In this document: positions 39,192-50,974 of the stretch, piece by piece
How the letters are laid out: each line of letters opens with the position of its first letter
How positions within the stretch are numbered: position 1 is the stretch's first letter
Source: Nannocystales bacterium
GTDB lineage: Bacteria > Myxococcota_A > Polyangia > Nannocystales > Nannocystaceae
NCBI GenBank assembly: GCA_050633305.1
Contig: JBOEGF010000032.1
Coordinates: 1-64,000, forward strand
Reading direction: 5' to 3'
Length of the DNA: 64,000 nucleotides
Translations under genes and position numbers: made by a program
The notes under the pieces: model-generated
Told to the model about the DNA's origin: nothing
Database searches by the model: none
The model's input: the letters and a program-made list of their open reading frames with translations, nothing else

Positions 39192-40274
39192 TCAGACCCC
39201 GAGAACCCCTTCGATGGCGTCCATCATCTGCACGCGGCGCTGGGTGATCGGGCTCGTTCCATCCACCAACGCGTCGCTCTCGGCAAGCACACGCTCCAGT
39301 GGGAATCGGAAGACCGAGGGATCCGAGGTCTCCTCTCCCCCTTCAACCAGCGGCTGCCACGCGACCATCGTGTCGGTATGGCCACGCAAGACCGAGTCGA
39401 CCGCAACCATCCCCAGTCGGCCGGCCACCATCCGATCGCGGAACGACGGAGCGCCGCCGCGGACGAGATGGCCCAACACGGTCGCCCGGACATCGACATC
39501 CCGGAGGTCCGACAACCGGTCGGCGACGAGCCGGACCAGACGCGTGCAAGGCGTCTTCACCCCTTCGGCCTTCAAGATCAGCACCCGCCGCTTGCCGCGT
39601 TCGGAGAACGCCTGACGGATCGCGGACTCCACCGCGACCACGAGGTCGTCCTCGTCCCGGCCCTGTTCGCGGAACAGCACCGCCTCCGCCCCCATCGCGA
39701 CCGCGGCCGCCATCGCCAGGTAGCCGCAGTCGCGCCCCATCACCTCCACCACAAACGCGCGATGGTGAGCGCGGGCGGTGTCGCAGATTCGGTCACAGCT
39801 ACTCACAATCGTATTGAGGGCCGTGTCCACACCGATCGACAGACCGGTACATCCAACATCGTGATCGATGGACGCGGGGACACCCACGATGGGAATGCCC
39901 GATTCTCTCGCCAAGGCGTGAGCACCCCGCAGCGAGCCGTTGCCACCGACCACGACCAGACCACGCAGCGAGTTCAAGGCTGTAAGCGCGGGCGCGCGGC
40001 CTTCGGCGGTGAGGAATCGCGGCTCGCGAGCCGAACCGAGAATGGTCCCACCGACGGCCCCCAGGAGATCGATATCAGCATCGACCCCGAGCCCACGAGC
40101 ACCGGCGGCCTCGGTCAGAGGCCGCAAGCGGCCCTCGAGGAGACCGGTGTAACCATTCTCCACACCGACGACCGGCACGCCGCGAGTCACCGCCAGCTTG
40201 GTCATCACACGCAACACCGCATTCATCCCTGGGGCGTCGCCGCCGGAGGTCAGGAGCCCGATAGGCAGAGACAT
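39192..40274 (-). CDS. pfkA: 6-phosphofructokinase
   Basis: TSGGDAPGMNA, GGTILGSAR, GGNGS, EVMGRDCG, LGHLVRGG. Confidence 0.93.
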   Translation of the reverse strand: MSLPIGLLTSGGDAPGMNAVLRVMTKLAVTRGVPVVGVENGYTGLLEGRLRPLTEAAGARGLGVDADIDLLGAVGGTILGSAREPRFLTAEGRAPALTALNSLRGLVVVGGNGSLRGAHALARESGIPIVGVPASIDHDVGCTGLSIGVDTALNTIVSSCDRICDTARAHHRAFVVEVMGRDCGYLAMAAAVAMGAEAVLFREQGRDEDDLVVAVESAIRQAFSERGKRRVLILKAEGVKTPCTRLVRLVADRLSDLRDVDVRATVLGHLVRGGAPSFRDRMVAGRLGMVAVDSVLRGHTDTMVAWQPLVEGGEETSDPSVFRFPLERVLAESDALVDGTSPITQRRVQMMDAIEGVLGV

Positions 40275-40409
40275 CGCGCGCAGCATAGCTGCGACCGGCC
40301 GCAAACCCACCGAGACTTGCGTAGCCAAGCGCACGATTGTGTCGCGGAGCGAACCTCCCACGAACAGCCTGGCAACCCGGACATCTGCCGCGTACCCTGA
40401 TCTCCCACG

Positions 40410-41684
40410 ATGGCGTCGGATGGTCCTCCAAAACGCCCCGGTCCCAGCTCCCGGGCACCTCGCGTCCCACCCCCTCCCAAGCTCAGCTTCATGGAGGAGC
40501 CGGTGTTCGAGCCGATCGGCGAGCCCGCCGATGCGACTCCCCCCGACGCCGAGGCACCCGCCGAGCCGTCTGTCGGCGCCGACACGCTCGAGGCCTCGGA
40601 GCAGCCCGAACCGAAGTCCGGGCCGACCCGCCGCGGGGTCCTGCCGCCACCCAAATCGGGTGGCAAACGGGTGCAACCACTCGCGGCCCGGCACCCACGC
40701 TCCCGTGACCCCCAGAGGCGACCGTCGGCCAGCGGCCTCCCCTCGGGCATGCGCGCGCCGGGGATCCCAGACAAGACCGAGTCTGCGGACACAGACATCC
40801 TGATCGCGAGCGCGGTCGCCGTTCTCACCGAGGGCGAGGACCCGGCCGACAACAGTTCAGCGTTGCTGACGACGCCCGATCCGCAACCTGCCGCCGCGAC
40901 CTCGGTGTCGACCCTTCCCGTCTCGGCACCCGCCGAAGACCCCCCGAGCGAACCCCACAAACGCGGTGGGCTGATCTGGTTCGGCGTGGCGGCAGTCGCT
41001 GCCCTCGCGGTCGGGGTGCTCGCATTCTCGGGCGGAGGCGACGTTCAACCCGAAGCCGCATCTGCCGCAGCCGTGCTCACCCAGGATGGACAGGCCGCGG
41101 CTCCGGAGCGTGTCGCGGCGGTGGTGGCAGAACCGGCGGTGGCCACCCCGGATCCGCCGCCTCCCGTCCCCGAAGCTGCGCTGGATGTTGGCGATGCCTG
41201 GGTTGAACTCGAAGACTCGGCCGACCTGGGCGGCGAGCTCGCTCTCGACCTCGGATCGCCCGAACCCGCCGACTCTGACGCACTCATCGAGGATGCCGAG
41301 GACGTGGCGGTCGTCGCGGCCGCCGAACCCCACCCGAAGAAGTCGGCGCGCAACCGAAAACGCCAGAGGAAAGCCAAGCAGGTGCCCACAAGCGCCCCTC
41401 GGCCAGCGCCCGCCGCCCCCGCGAAACAGCCCGAAGATGCGGCCGCGTTGCTTGCCAGCGCGCGCAAGGCCCTCGCCGCCGGACAAGCCCGAAAAGCATA
41501 CTCCCTCGCGTCCAAGAGCCGCAGCGCCAAGCGGAGCTCAGCCGCACTCGTCGTCATGGCCAAGGCCGCGTGCCGCTTCGGTGGCTCGGCGCAGGCCAAG
41601 TCTGCCTTCAACCAGCTCTCGGTCAGCAACCGTCGGGGCCTGCGCGCCGAGTGCCGCAACCACGGCGTCCGCCTCGGCATCTGA
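40410..41684 (+). CDS. Hypothetical single-pass membrane protein (Pro-rich, C-terminal TPR-like domain)
   Basis: Low-complexity N-terminus, one TM helix (LIWFGVAAVAALAVGVLA), C-terminal helical domain with AAC...C pair. Confidence 0.65.
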   Translation: MASDGPPKRPGPSSRAPRVPPPPKLSFMEEPVFEPIGEPADATPPDAEAPAEPSVGADTLEASEQPEPKSGPTRRGVLPPPKSGGKRVQPLAARHPRSRDPQRRPSASGLPSGMRAPGIPDKTESADTDILIASAVAVLTEGEDPADNSSALLTTPDPQPAAATSVSTLPVSAPAEDPPSEPHKRGGLIWFGVAAVAALAVGVLAFSGGGDVQPEAASAAAVLTQDGQAAAPERVAAVVAEPAVATPDPPPPVPEAALDVGDAWVELEDSADLGGELALDLGSPEPADSDALIEDAEDVAVVAAAEPHPKKSARNRKRQRKAKQVPTSAPRPAPAAPAKQPEDAAALLASARKALAAGQARKAYSLASKSRSAKRSSAALVVMAKAACRFGGSAQAKSAFNQLSVSNRRGLRAECRNHGVRLGI

Positions 41685-41744
41685 TCCGAGCCGGTCGTCC
41701 GTCCTCCTCGAACGACCGGGGCACCGCGGAGACGCGGCGGCGGT

Positions 41745-42497
41745 CTAGCCGTCGATGCGGTGACGCACCGCCCACAACACCACGAGCACGGGAAGCACGA
41801 CTGTTGCGTGCCCGGCCCACAGGTGCTCCGGGTGCGTGATCGGGCAGTGGAAGTACAGCGCCACCAAGCCGATGAGACCCGCCGCCCACACCCCGAGGGC
41901 GCCTGGGAGCCAGCGCTTGGCTCCGTTGCGACTGAGGAGCCCCATCCCCACGGTGGCCACCGCAGCGAAGGCGAGCCCGAAGCCAAAGCATCCCCCGGCC
42001 CGATGGGCGAAGGCGTCTCCGGTCCCTTCCATGGACGCGGGGTGCAGCGAGTGCGCCATCGGAAGTCCGACCAGAAGCCCGACTCCGAGCAGCCCCGCGA
42101 TGACTGCCAGCAGCCGATACGAACTCGGCACCGCGCGGCGCGACAGCGGACGCAACGAGAGCAGCATCGCAACGGAAAGCGGGCCGAGCACGAGCAGCAG
42201 GTCGAGCACCAATCGCCCGCGTGGGTACACCTCCAAGTCCGGGCGACGCGTCGCGACCAAGACGACCGCGACCAGCCCCACCAGCAACGACACCCCCAAC
42301 AGCCCTCGCACTCGCGTGGACAACACCGCCGCACGATCGAGCGGACCCTCGGCGTCGAGCGCCGCGTGCAGGGCCGCCAATTCCGGACCAGGGTCGGAGG
42401 ATGCAGGAAGTCTCCCCACATCCGCACCAGGTTCGGCCGGACTCCAGGCCTCGGCGAGGTCCGCGGGGACCCCTTCGTGTTCGAACGCGTCGGTCAT
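41745..42497 (-). CDS. Membrane anti-sigma factor, NrsF/DUF1109-like
   Basis: About 6 TM helices, C-terminal FHCP....HL...H motif; coupled to ECF sigma factor. Confidence 0.8.
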   Translation of the reverse strand: MTDAFEHEGVPADLAEAWSPAEPGADVGRLPASSDPGPELAALHAALDAEGPLDRAAVLSTRVRGLLGVSLLVGLVAVVLVATRRPDLEVYPRGRLVLDLLLVLGPLSVAMLLSLRPLSRRAVPSSYRLLAVIAGLLGVGLLVGLPMAHSLHPASMEGTGDAFAHRAGGCFGFGLAFAAVATVGMGLLSRNGAKRWLPGALGVWAAGLIGLVALYFHCPITHPEHLWAGHATVVLPVLVVLWAVRHRIDG

Positions 42498-43078
42498 TGC
42501 GTCGTCCTTCCATAGCCCCGCCCACCAGCTTTGGTTACAGCGGGATCGACAAGACGGGTGCGAAGCTTCTCGTAGCCGCGGTGCGCCCGCACTTTAACCG
42601 CCGATTCACTTGCCCCGACCACCTGTGCAACCTCCTTGAACGGTAGCCCCTCGAACCAGTGGAGCTCGATCACCTCGCGCTGCGCGGCAGGGAGTTCCGC
42701 CAGGGCCTCCCGGAGCTCGCGGGCGACCGCCGGCCGCTCCGGGTCCCCCTCCTGGCCACGCTCTGCCGGCTCGACATCCCCAAGGCCGGTCTCCGGACGA
42801 CGCCCCTTCCGCCGGAAATACTGACGCGCGAGGTTGAGCGCGATCGTGTACAGCCACGGTCGCAGTTTCGCACCCTCGCGAAAGTCCGCGCGGGCGCGAT
42901 GGAGCTGAAGAAACGTCTGCTGAACCAGGTCCGCCACGTCGTCGCGACGCTGGATTCGCCGGCCCAACGTCTGCCGCAGCCGCGGCGCGTAGCGAGAGAA
43001 GAGAGCATCGAACGCTGTGCGGTCGCCGGCCTGATACGCCGCCATCAGCACCTCGTCGGATCGCTCTTGATCGGTCAC
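42494..43078 (-). CDS. ECF RNA polymerase sigma factor
   Basis: SDEVLM...GDRTAF, DLVQQTFL, WLYTIALN, LP..QRE, AVKVRAHRGY; GTG overlaps cobB stop. Confidence 0.93.
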   Translation of the reverse strand: MTDQERSDEVLMAAYQAGDRTAFDALFSRYAPRLRQTLGRRIQRRDDVADLVQQTFLQLHRARADFREGAKLRPWLYTIALNLARQYFRRKGRRPETGLGDVEPAERGQEGDPERPAVARELREALAELPAAQREVIELHWFEGLPFKEVAQVVGASESAVKVRAHRGYEKLRTRLVDPAVTKAGGRGYGRTTQ

Positions 43079-43902
43079 AGCGCCAGTACCCGTGACAGCG
43101 CGTCGAACGTTGCCGCCGCGGTAGCCCGGATCCGCAAGTCGACCACCGACGACACATCGGTCGTGCCCGGGTTGATCTCGACCGTCGGCTTGCCCGCCTG
43201 CTTCGCGATCATGACCGGCGCCGCGATGTAAGGGAACGCGCTGGTGGTCCCGATCGAGACGACCGCATCGAACCCTGCCACCAACTCCCGCTCCAGTGCG
43301 GCGACCGCCGCCGTTGGCAGCATCTCGCCGAACAAGACGACCTCGGGACGGATGAGAGACCCACACTTGGGGCAGCACGGAGTCGTGGGCGCGTGAGCCG
43401 TCCCCAGCTCGGGCTCCAGGGTCCGGAAGTCGTCCACACGCGAGGTCCAAGAGCAGGCCAGGCAGTGCAGCTTCTGCAGGTTGCCGTGGATCTCGATCAT
43501 CGGGTCCGACCCCGCGCGTCGATGCAGCCCATCGACGTTCTGCGTCAGCAACCAGCCGCGTTCGCTCCGTGCTTGCAGAGCGGAGATCACATCATGGGCC
43601 CGGTTGGGTTCGGCACCCCGACACGCGCGCTCGATCTGCAGCATGTACTTCCAGCAGACCTCGGGCCGAGCGCTCAGCATCTGGCCGCTGAGCGCGGCCT
43701 CGATCGGGACGCCCTCGTCCGTCGTCTCAGCCTCGTACAGGCCACCCACGCCGCGATACGTCGGCAACCCCGAGTCCGCCGACACTCCGGCTCCGGTGAT
43801 GAACAGAACGGAATGCGCGGCGGAGAGCGTCTCCGCCAGCTGCTCGATGAGCAGGGGATCGACCGGCACCGAGGCGGCCTTCGAAGGCAGTCGCTCGCTC
43901 AC
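43075..43902 (-). CDS. cobB: NAD-dependent protein deacylase (sirtuin)
   Basis: GAGVSADSGLPTYRG, TQNVDGLH, HGNL, CxxC...CxxC, GTTS, INP. Confidence 0.92.
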   Translation of the reverse strand: MSERLPSKAASVPVDPLLIEQLAETLSAAHSVLFITGAGVSADSGLPTYRGVGGLYEAETTDEGVPIEAALSGQMLSARPEVCWKYMLQIERACRGAEPNRAHDVISALQARSERGWLLTQNVDGLHRRAGSDPMIEIHGNLQKLHCLACSWTSRVDDFRTLEPELGTAHAPTTPCCPKCGSLIRPEVVLFGEMLPTAAVAALERELVAGFDAVVSIGTTSAFPYIAAPVMIAKQAGKPTVEINPGTTDVSSVVDLRIRATAAATFDALSRVLAL

Positions 43903-43923
43903 CCGCGCCTCCCCGCCCTCGCC

Positions 43924-45753
<1,830 letters not shown>

Positions 45754-45822
45754 GAGTGTTCCGGTCGGACCCGGCGGTCGAAGCGGCAAGCCGCGTTCGC
45801 GCCAGCTGTCCCGTGACAGAGG

Positions 45823-47265
45823 CTACTTTGCTTTGCACGCCTTGAGAAGGGCACGAACGTCAGCGTCTTCAGGCTTAAGCTTGAACGCCTGATCCACCTG
45901 ATGCTTTGCAGTGCTCACTTGTCCCGCGGCCAGGAACGCGTACCCGATCCAAACGTGCAGCCGTACGGCGTCGGCGGGCCGGACCTTGGTCCCTGTGGCC
46001 TGGGAGACCCGAAGCGCCTCTAGAGCCCGCATCGCCAGGTCCCGGCCCATGCTGGAATCCCCCTGACGGACCGCAAACGCAGCGTGCGCCAAGTGTTCAG
46101 CGGTCGGCATCGCGTCGGCGGCTTCGAGAAGCCAGGGGAGCGCCTCCGCCAGCTGTCCCAGATCGAGTCGCTGTTGGGCGCGGGCGTAGGCCTCCGTCCC
46201 GCGCTTCTCCCGCGCGGCGAGGCGCACAGCATCCCACTTGGCGGCGAGCTGTTCGTTGCCGGGATCGGCCCGCTTGGCGAGGAGGTAGAGGTTTGCCGCT
46301 TTGGCGAGGTTGCCCTCCTTCTCGGCTGCTTCAGCCGCGTGAAGCATCGCCCCCGCCTCGGCCTGCATCTTCTCCTGCATGGCGACGCGCTGCCGCTTCG
46401 CACGGGCCCGAGTCCGGTCTTCACGACGAACGGCGGCGGCGGCCTCCCGAGCCTCACGAGCTTCGGCGGCCTCGGCCTCGAACTGAAGGCGCGCGCGAGC
46501 ATCGTCCTCGATTCGGCGGTCGACCCAGGGCGCGCGGACGTCCTCTCGTCTGAGCTCCGCGTATGCGGCCTTCGCCTCACGGAACAACGAAGCCAGAATC
46601 GGCCGGAACGAGCCGAGATCTCGACCGTGATACGCGTCCGGGTGCAGGGCGCGGCTCGTGTCGTGAAACGCCCGCTTGATCGCTTTCGTATCGTGCGTCG
46701 GCAGGATCCCGAGGATCTCGAACTGAGACATCGACTCATGGCCGTCGGCCATGGCCAGAATCCAACGCTGCCGTTGCGCATCGATCGGCCCGGACGGGTC
46801 CAGCCGCGGATCGTCGCGGCCCACCATCTGACGCTCGATCCGCTCCAGTGAGTCGGTGCCTTGTGCGGAGCTCTCGTCGTCCTCAGGCTGCCCCTGCGGG
46901 ACAGGCTCAGGCTCGGATCGCACTGTGTTCTGCGGGGCTCGGCCCCCGTTGCGGAGCCTGTCCGTCAGCGCCTTCAACTTGCGGGTCTGCGCGGCCGTCC
47001 GCAGCCCTTTCTTGCCCTGAGCCGAAGAGGCTGCAGCAACCGGCGCCGAGGGCCGGGCGGAGCAAGGCTCGAGTGCGCCAGCCCGGACGAGTTTTGCGAC
47101 GCTCTTCGAGGCCTCACCCGACGGCAGGCCGCACGCTCGCACGAGATCGCCGACCTTGACGGGCCCCTCGACGCGACTGAGGACGAAGTAGTCCTGCGGT
47201 GTCAGGTCGAGGTTGGCCGGGAGCGGACTGCTCTGCCGAACGTGCTGCGCGGGGTCGAGGTCCAT
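45823..47265 (-). CDS. J-domain protein with N-terminal wHTH-like and C-terminal TPR regions
   Basis: FEILGI...IKRAF...LHPD...AYAELR J-domain; TPR-like C-terminus; directly upstream of the Hsp70 paralog. Confidence 0.85.
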   Translation of the reverse strand: MDLDPAQHVRQSSPLPANLDLTPQDYFVLSRVEGPVKVGDLVRACGLPSGEASKSVAKLVRAGALEPCSARPSAPVAAASSAQGKKGLRTAAQTRKLKALTDRLRNGGRAPQNTVRSEPEPVPQGQPEDDESSAQGTDSLERIERQMVGRDDPRLDPSGPIDAQRQRWILAMADGHESMSQFEILGILPTHDTKAIKRAFHDTSRALHPDAYHGRDLGSFRPILASLFREAKAAYAELRREDVRAPWVDRRIEDDARARLQFEAEAAEAREAREAAAAVRREDRTRARAKRQRVAMQEKMQAEAGAMLHAAEAAEKEGNLAKAANLYLLAKRADPGNEQLAAKWDAVRLAAREKRGTEAYARAQQRLDLGQLAEALPWLLEAADAMPTAEHLAHAAFAVRQGDSSMGRDLAMRALEALRVSQATGTKVRPADAVRLHVWIGYAFLAAGQVSTAKHQVDQAFKLKPEDADVRALLKACKAK

Positions 47266-47338
47266 CGGCGGCCCCCGATTGTAGCCCACATGCGGTCACA
47301 TCTGGCGTCATGTCCGCCGGAACGTCCGGTCAGTCCGG

Positions 47339-48121
47339 TCAGTCCGGCACGGTGCCGTCGACTCGGTACCGCGCCATATCCAAGTGGAAGTGATTGCGAT
47401 GCAGGCGGTCGAACGCGGGCGTGAGGACGACCGAGAAGATGTCCTCGTCGACCGCCCGTCGCGCGATCCCCTGCAGGAAGCGCTCGGACGGCGTGTCGGG
47501 AGCGCCTGGTTCACCGTAGTGCCCCAGGACAGGGATCTCCTTGCCACCCTTGAGCGTGAAGCTCCGGATGTCGATCGCGTTGGCGTAGCTATGCTCGCTG
47601 ACCCAACCCGGGTACGCGGCCATCTCGCGGCAGTTGTAGGTGCCCATGTGACGGATCTTCGCCACGGGCCGGCCCAGGTGCTTGCGCGCCTCCTCCTGCA
47701 CCACGACCTCGAACCTCGACAGCGCCAGGGCAACCGGGCACGACACCTTGGGCTTGCCGGTCCACCGGATCGCTCCGGGTCCGGACCTGAAGCGCACGGC
47801 CTGAGGCGCGCCGCAGGTGATGCCCGACTTGTTCTCGTGGACCGGCAGTCGGCTGGAATCGAACTTGACCCCGGCAGACTCGAGCCGTTCTTCACAGGCA
47901 GCGATGACCTCCGGCGGCCCGACGATCCCGTCGTCCTCCGTATCCTCGGTCGAGGGCGCTCGGAAGACACCGTCGTCCGGCTCGAGCTGCTCGCCCGGTT
48001 GGACCTGCTCGGGTGTGTCCGCGGGCGCCTGTTCCTGTTCCCGCTCCGGGGGTTCGGCGGCTCTCAGCGCGGCCAATGCCGCCACGAACGCCGGGCCAAA
48101 CCAGATCTTCAGGGGAACCAT
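47339..48121 (-). CDS. Extensin-like C-terminal domain protein (Hedgehog/DD-peptidase-fold)
   Basis: GTYNCR, SEHSYANAIDI, HRNHFHLD. Confidence 0.85.
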   Translation of the reverse strand: MVPLKIWFGPAFVAALAALRAAEPPEREQEQAPADTPEQVQPGEQLEPDDGVFRAPSTEDTEDDGIVGPPEVIAACEERLESAGVKFDSSRLPVHENKSGITCGAPQAVRFRSGPGAIRWTGKPKVSCPVALALSRFEVVVQEEARKHLGRPVAKIRHMGTYNCREMAAYPGWVSEHSYANAIDIRSFTLKGGKEIPVLGHYGEPGAPDTPSERFLQGIARRAVDEDIFSVVLTPAFDRLHRNHFHLDMARYRVDGTVPD

Positions 48122-48192
48122 CCAACGTCAGCATACGTCCCAGGGACGCACTCCGATCTAATCGGCCGCCGCGAGCGTCGAATTGGGGCACG

Positions 48193-49329
48193 ATGTCGAG
48201 GATGACGCGTGCGTCCGTCGTGCTCCTGCTCGCCCTGACCGCTTGCCGGCCCTCGACTTCGCCCACGGCGCCCGCAGCGCAAGGCTCCACGGGCCCCCAA
48301 GTGTCGTCGCTCTCGCATGTGGATGCCGAGCGCGCCGAGGCCATGCACCGCCTGCTCGAGGCCGCAAAGACGAACGCCGTCGCGCCCGTGCTCGACAACG
48401 CCTCCCCTCGCCTGACGGACGAACTGACCGCCGCGACACTCCAGGCGTCGTTGGTCGAGCTCACGACGAAACTCGGTTCGCCGTTGGGCATCGTGGAGGA
48501 GCAGGTGTTCTCCGAGGGAGACGCCCGCTGGTACTCCGGGCTGGCCTTGCATGGCCAGCCCAGCGGCGGCGGAGTGCTGACCCCCGTCCTGTATCAGTTC
48601 TCGCTCGACACCCAGGGTCGCCTCGACACGTTGCTCGTCCGTGAGCACTGGTTCATCGAGAACGTCCGGCATCCCGCCGAGGCGTACCTTCCGGTCTCCC
48701 GCTTCCGCCTGCCTTCAAAGGGCACGTGGTACGTCCTTCATGGCGGCCGCGCCCGTGCGACGAACTACCACCACGGCAACACGCACCAACGCTGGGCCTT
48801 CGACCTGGTCGTCAAGCGTGACGGACGACAACGAGAGCGCGGCAGCGACCGCCACCGCAACGAGAGCTACTTCGCCCACGGCCAAGACCTCCTCGCCCCG
48901 GCTGCCGGCACCGTCATTCACGTCGTCGACGGCATCCCGGAGAATCGCCCGCCCGAGCGTGGCCGAGCCGGGGGCAACGGACTGATCATCGACCACGGGT
49001 TTGGGGAATACTCCGCCCTGTGGCACGCCATCCCAGGCTCCCTCGAAGTCGAGGTCGGTGACCGCGTCGAGACGGGGCAGCGTGTCGCCAAGGTCGGGAA
49101 CAGCGGCCGCTCGACGGGCCCCCATATCCACTGGCATGTCTCCTACCGGCTTCCGGGGGAGACCACAGAGGTTTTTGGTCTCCCCGCCGACATGACCAAC
49201 ATCGTGGTCGACAACACCTGGCACGAGCACAAGATGCCCGTCCGTGGGCAATACATCCGCGCCGCGGGGCGACCGAAGATCGAGATCAAACCGGTCGCGC
49301 GCGCTCCGGTGGTCTTCGTCGACCTCTAG
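48193..49329 (+). CDS. M23-family metallopeptidase lipoprotein with N-terminal DUF3887-like domain
   Basis: LTAC lipobox; AFDL, APAAG.V, GN...IDHG, GNSGRSTGPHIH. Confidence 0.88.
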   Translation: MSRMTRASVVLLLALTACRPSTSPTAPAAQGSTGPQVSSLSHVDAERAEAMHRLLEAAKTNAVAPVLDNASPRLTDELTAATLQASLVELTTKLGSPLGIVEEQVFSEGDARWYSGLALHGQPSGGGVLTPVLYQFSLDTQGRLDTLLVREHWFIENVRHPAEAYLPVSRFRLPSKGTWYVLHGGRARATNYHHGNTHQRWAFDLVVKRDGRQRERGSDRHRNESYFAHGQDLLAPAAGTVIHVVDGIPENRPPERGRAGGNGLIIDHGFGEYSALWHAIPGSLEVEVGDRVETGQRVAKVGNSGRSTGPHIHWHVSYRLPGETTEVFGLPADMTNIVVDNTWHEHKMPVRGQYIRAAGRPKIEIKPVARAPVVFVDL

Positions 49330-49380
49330 CGGCCGCCCCGGGACGCCCCCGGCCTCACAGACTCGGGGAGCAGCGCTGGA

Positions 49381-50298
49381 TTAGCGGGGCTCGTTCTTCT
49401 TGGCCCGGGGGTGGGCTGACTCGTACACATCGAGCAGCTTGCCCAGGCTCAGGTGGGTGTAGCGCTGGGTGGTCGACAGGCTCGCATGACCGAGCATGGA
49501 CTGAATGGTCCGCAGGTCCGCACCGCTCTCGAGCAGGTGGGTCGCAAAGCTGTGCCGCAGCCCGTGCGGTCCGACCCGCGCCCGCGCACCCGTCTGCTCG
49601 CATCGGCGGTACACCAAGCCGCGAATCGAGCGAGGACCCATCCGCCCCCCCCGATCGCCGAGGAACAGCGCATGCGCTGGAGATTTGGGCCGCACCAGCG
49701 CCGCACGAACATCGAGGTAGCTGCGCAGTGCATCCGCGGCCCGAGTTCCCAGCGGCACAAGTCGCTCCTTGCCGCCTTTGCCACGGACCACCCGCACCTT
49801 CGGATTCGCATCACGCAGCTCTACGTCGCCGATGTCGAGCTGCGAACACTCCGAAACCCGGAGCCCTGCCCCGTAGAGCACCTCGAGGATCGCCCGATCT
49901 CGAACACCTCGCGGACCGGGGCGATGCGCTTGGTCGATCATGTCGCCGACGTCTTCGACCGGGAGTGCGACGGGCAGCTTGTGGCGTCGCTTCGGGCTGC
50001 TGACCAGCACGACCTCGTTCTCTTCGAGCTCCCCGCGACGTAGGAGGAACTCCCCAAAACTACGAAGCGCAGACAGTTTGCGCGCGATCGTCGACGACGC
50101 GGTCTTGCCGTGGAGGTCCGCCAAATGCGCTCGAACGTTCCGCGCACTCAGATCGCGCAGGGTTGGCTCGCACTCCCGCCGCTCCTCCACCGACGACGCG
50201 AACGCGTTGAGATCCCCACGGTAGGCGCGCAACGTGTGCTTGGACGCCCGGACTTCTGCCCGGAGGTGTTCCAAGAATCGTTCGATCGCTGCACGCAC
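49381..50298 (-). CDS. xerC: Tyrosine recombinase XerC
   Basis: HTLRAY..DL, GLRVSE, GKGGKER, HGLRHSFATH, LGHASLSTTQRY, HPRA; TTQ motif is XerC-type. Confidence 0.9.
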   Translation of the reverse strand: MRAAIERFLEHLRAEVRASKHTLRAYRGDLNAFASSVEERRECEPTLRDLSARNVRAHLADLHGKTASSTIARKLSALRSFGEFLLRRGELEENEVVLVSSPKRRHKLPVALPVEDVGDMIDQAHRPGPRGVRDRAILEVLYGAGLRVSECSQLDIGDVELRDANPKVRVVRGKGGKERLVPLGTRAADALRSYLDVRAALVRPKSPAHALFLGDRGGRMGPRSIRGLVYRRCEQTGARARVGPHGLRHSFATHLLESGADLRTIQSMLGHASLSTTQRYTHLSLGKLLDVYESAHPRAKKNEPR

Positions 50299-50335
50299 GC
50301 TCCGATCCTAGCAACTCCAGTCGCCAGGACGAAGT

Positions 50336-50974
50336 TCAGCGCGCATCGAAGGGCGCGAACGCGTCGTCGCGGCGAAGCTTCGCCAACAGCGCCAATCTGG
50401 AGCTGAACCCCAGCTTCCGCAGAAGGTTGGCGACATGGAACTTCACCGTTCGAGGGGTCACTTGCAGGGCTTCGGCCATCCCGATGGTTTGTCGGCCGTC
50501 CAACAGAAGGCGGAGGATTTCGCCCTCGCGCGGCGTCAGCTCTGAGATATCCAACCCCGGCGCCCGGCGCTGCGGCTGGGACTCCCCGACCGCATCCAAA
50601 CACCGCCTCATCACCGCCGTGCCCTCCGCGGCGCGATGCAAGGCGCCGCGAATCGCGGCGGCGGAGACCGGCTTTCGCAGGCAGGCGTAGACCCCGACGA
50701 AGAACGCCTCTCGGACGACGTCGGTCGAAAGATCGTGACCGACCACCACCGCCCGGCACGGGCGTTGCGCCTCGTGCAGCTGCAGCAGCACGTCGTACGC
50801 CTGCGGGTCCTCGTCGACGTCGAGCAGGACGGCATCCGGTTCTTCGGATGCCAGCAACGAGGCGGCCTCGACCGCCGCATGCGGACCCCGGACGTTGAAG
50901 TCGAACTCACCCAGGTTGCCGCCGGGGAATTCCGCGCCGGCGTGAGCGATGAACAGGATCTTCGGTCCGGACAT
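50336..50974 (-). CDS. Atypical receiver + LuxR/NarL-type HTH response regulator
   Basis: PDAVLLD and RKP present but acidic pocket and switch Thr/Ser absent; LTPREGEIL...TVKFHVANLLRKLG HTH. Confidence 0.88.
   Translation of the reverse strand: MSGPKILFIAHAGAEFPGGNLGEFDFNVRGPHAAVEAASLLASEEPDAVLLDVDEDPQAYDVLLQLHEAQRPCRAVVVGHDLSTDVVREAFFVGVYACLRKPVSAAAIRGALHRAAEGTAVMRRCLDAVGESQPQRRAPGLDISELTPREGEILRLLLDGRQTIGMAEALQVTPRTVKFHVANLLRKLGFSSRLALLAKLRRDDAFAPFDAR

Noticed and set aside
49381..50298. Integrase mobilising the adjacent 50.3-59.7 kb island
   Set aside because: The sequence looks like housekeeping XerC (size, TTQ motif, HPRA end); no att repeats or tRNA recognised.
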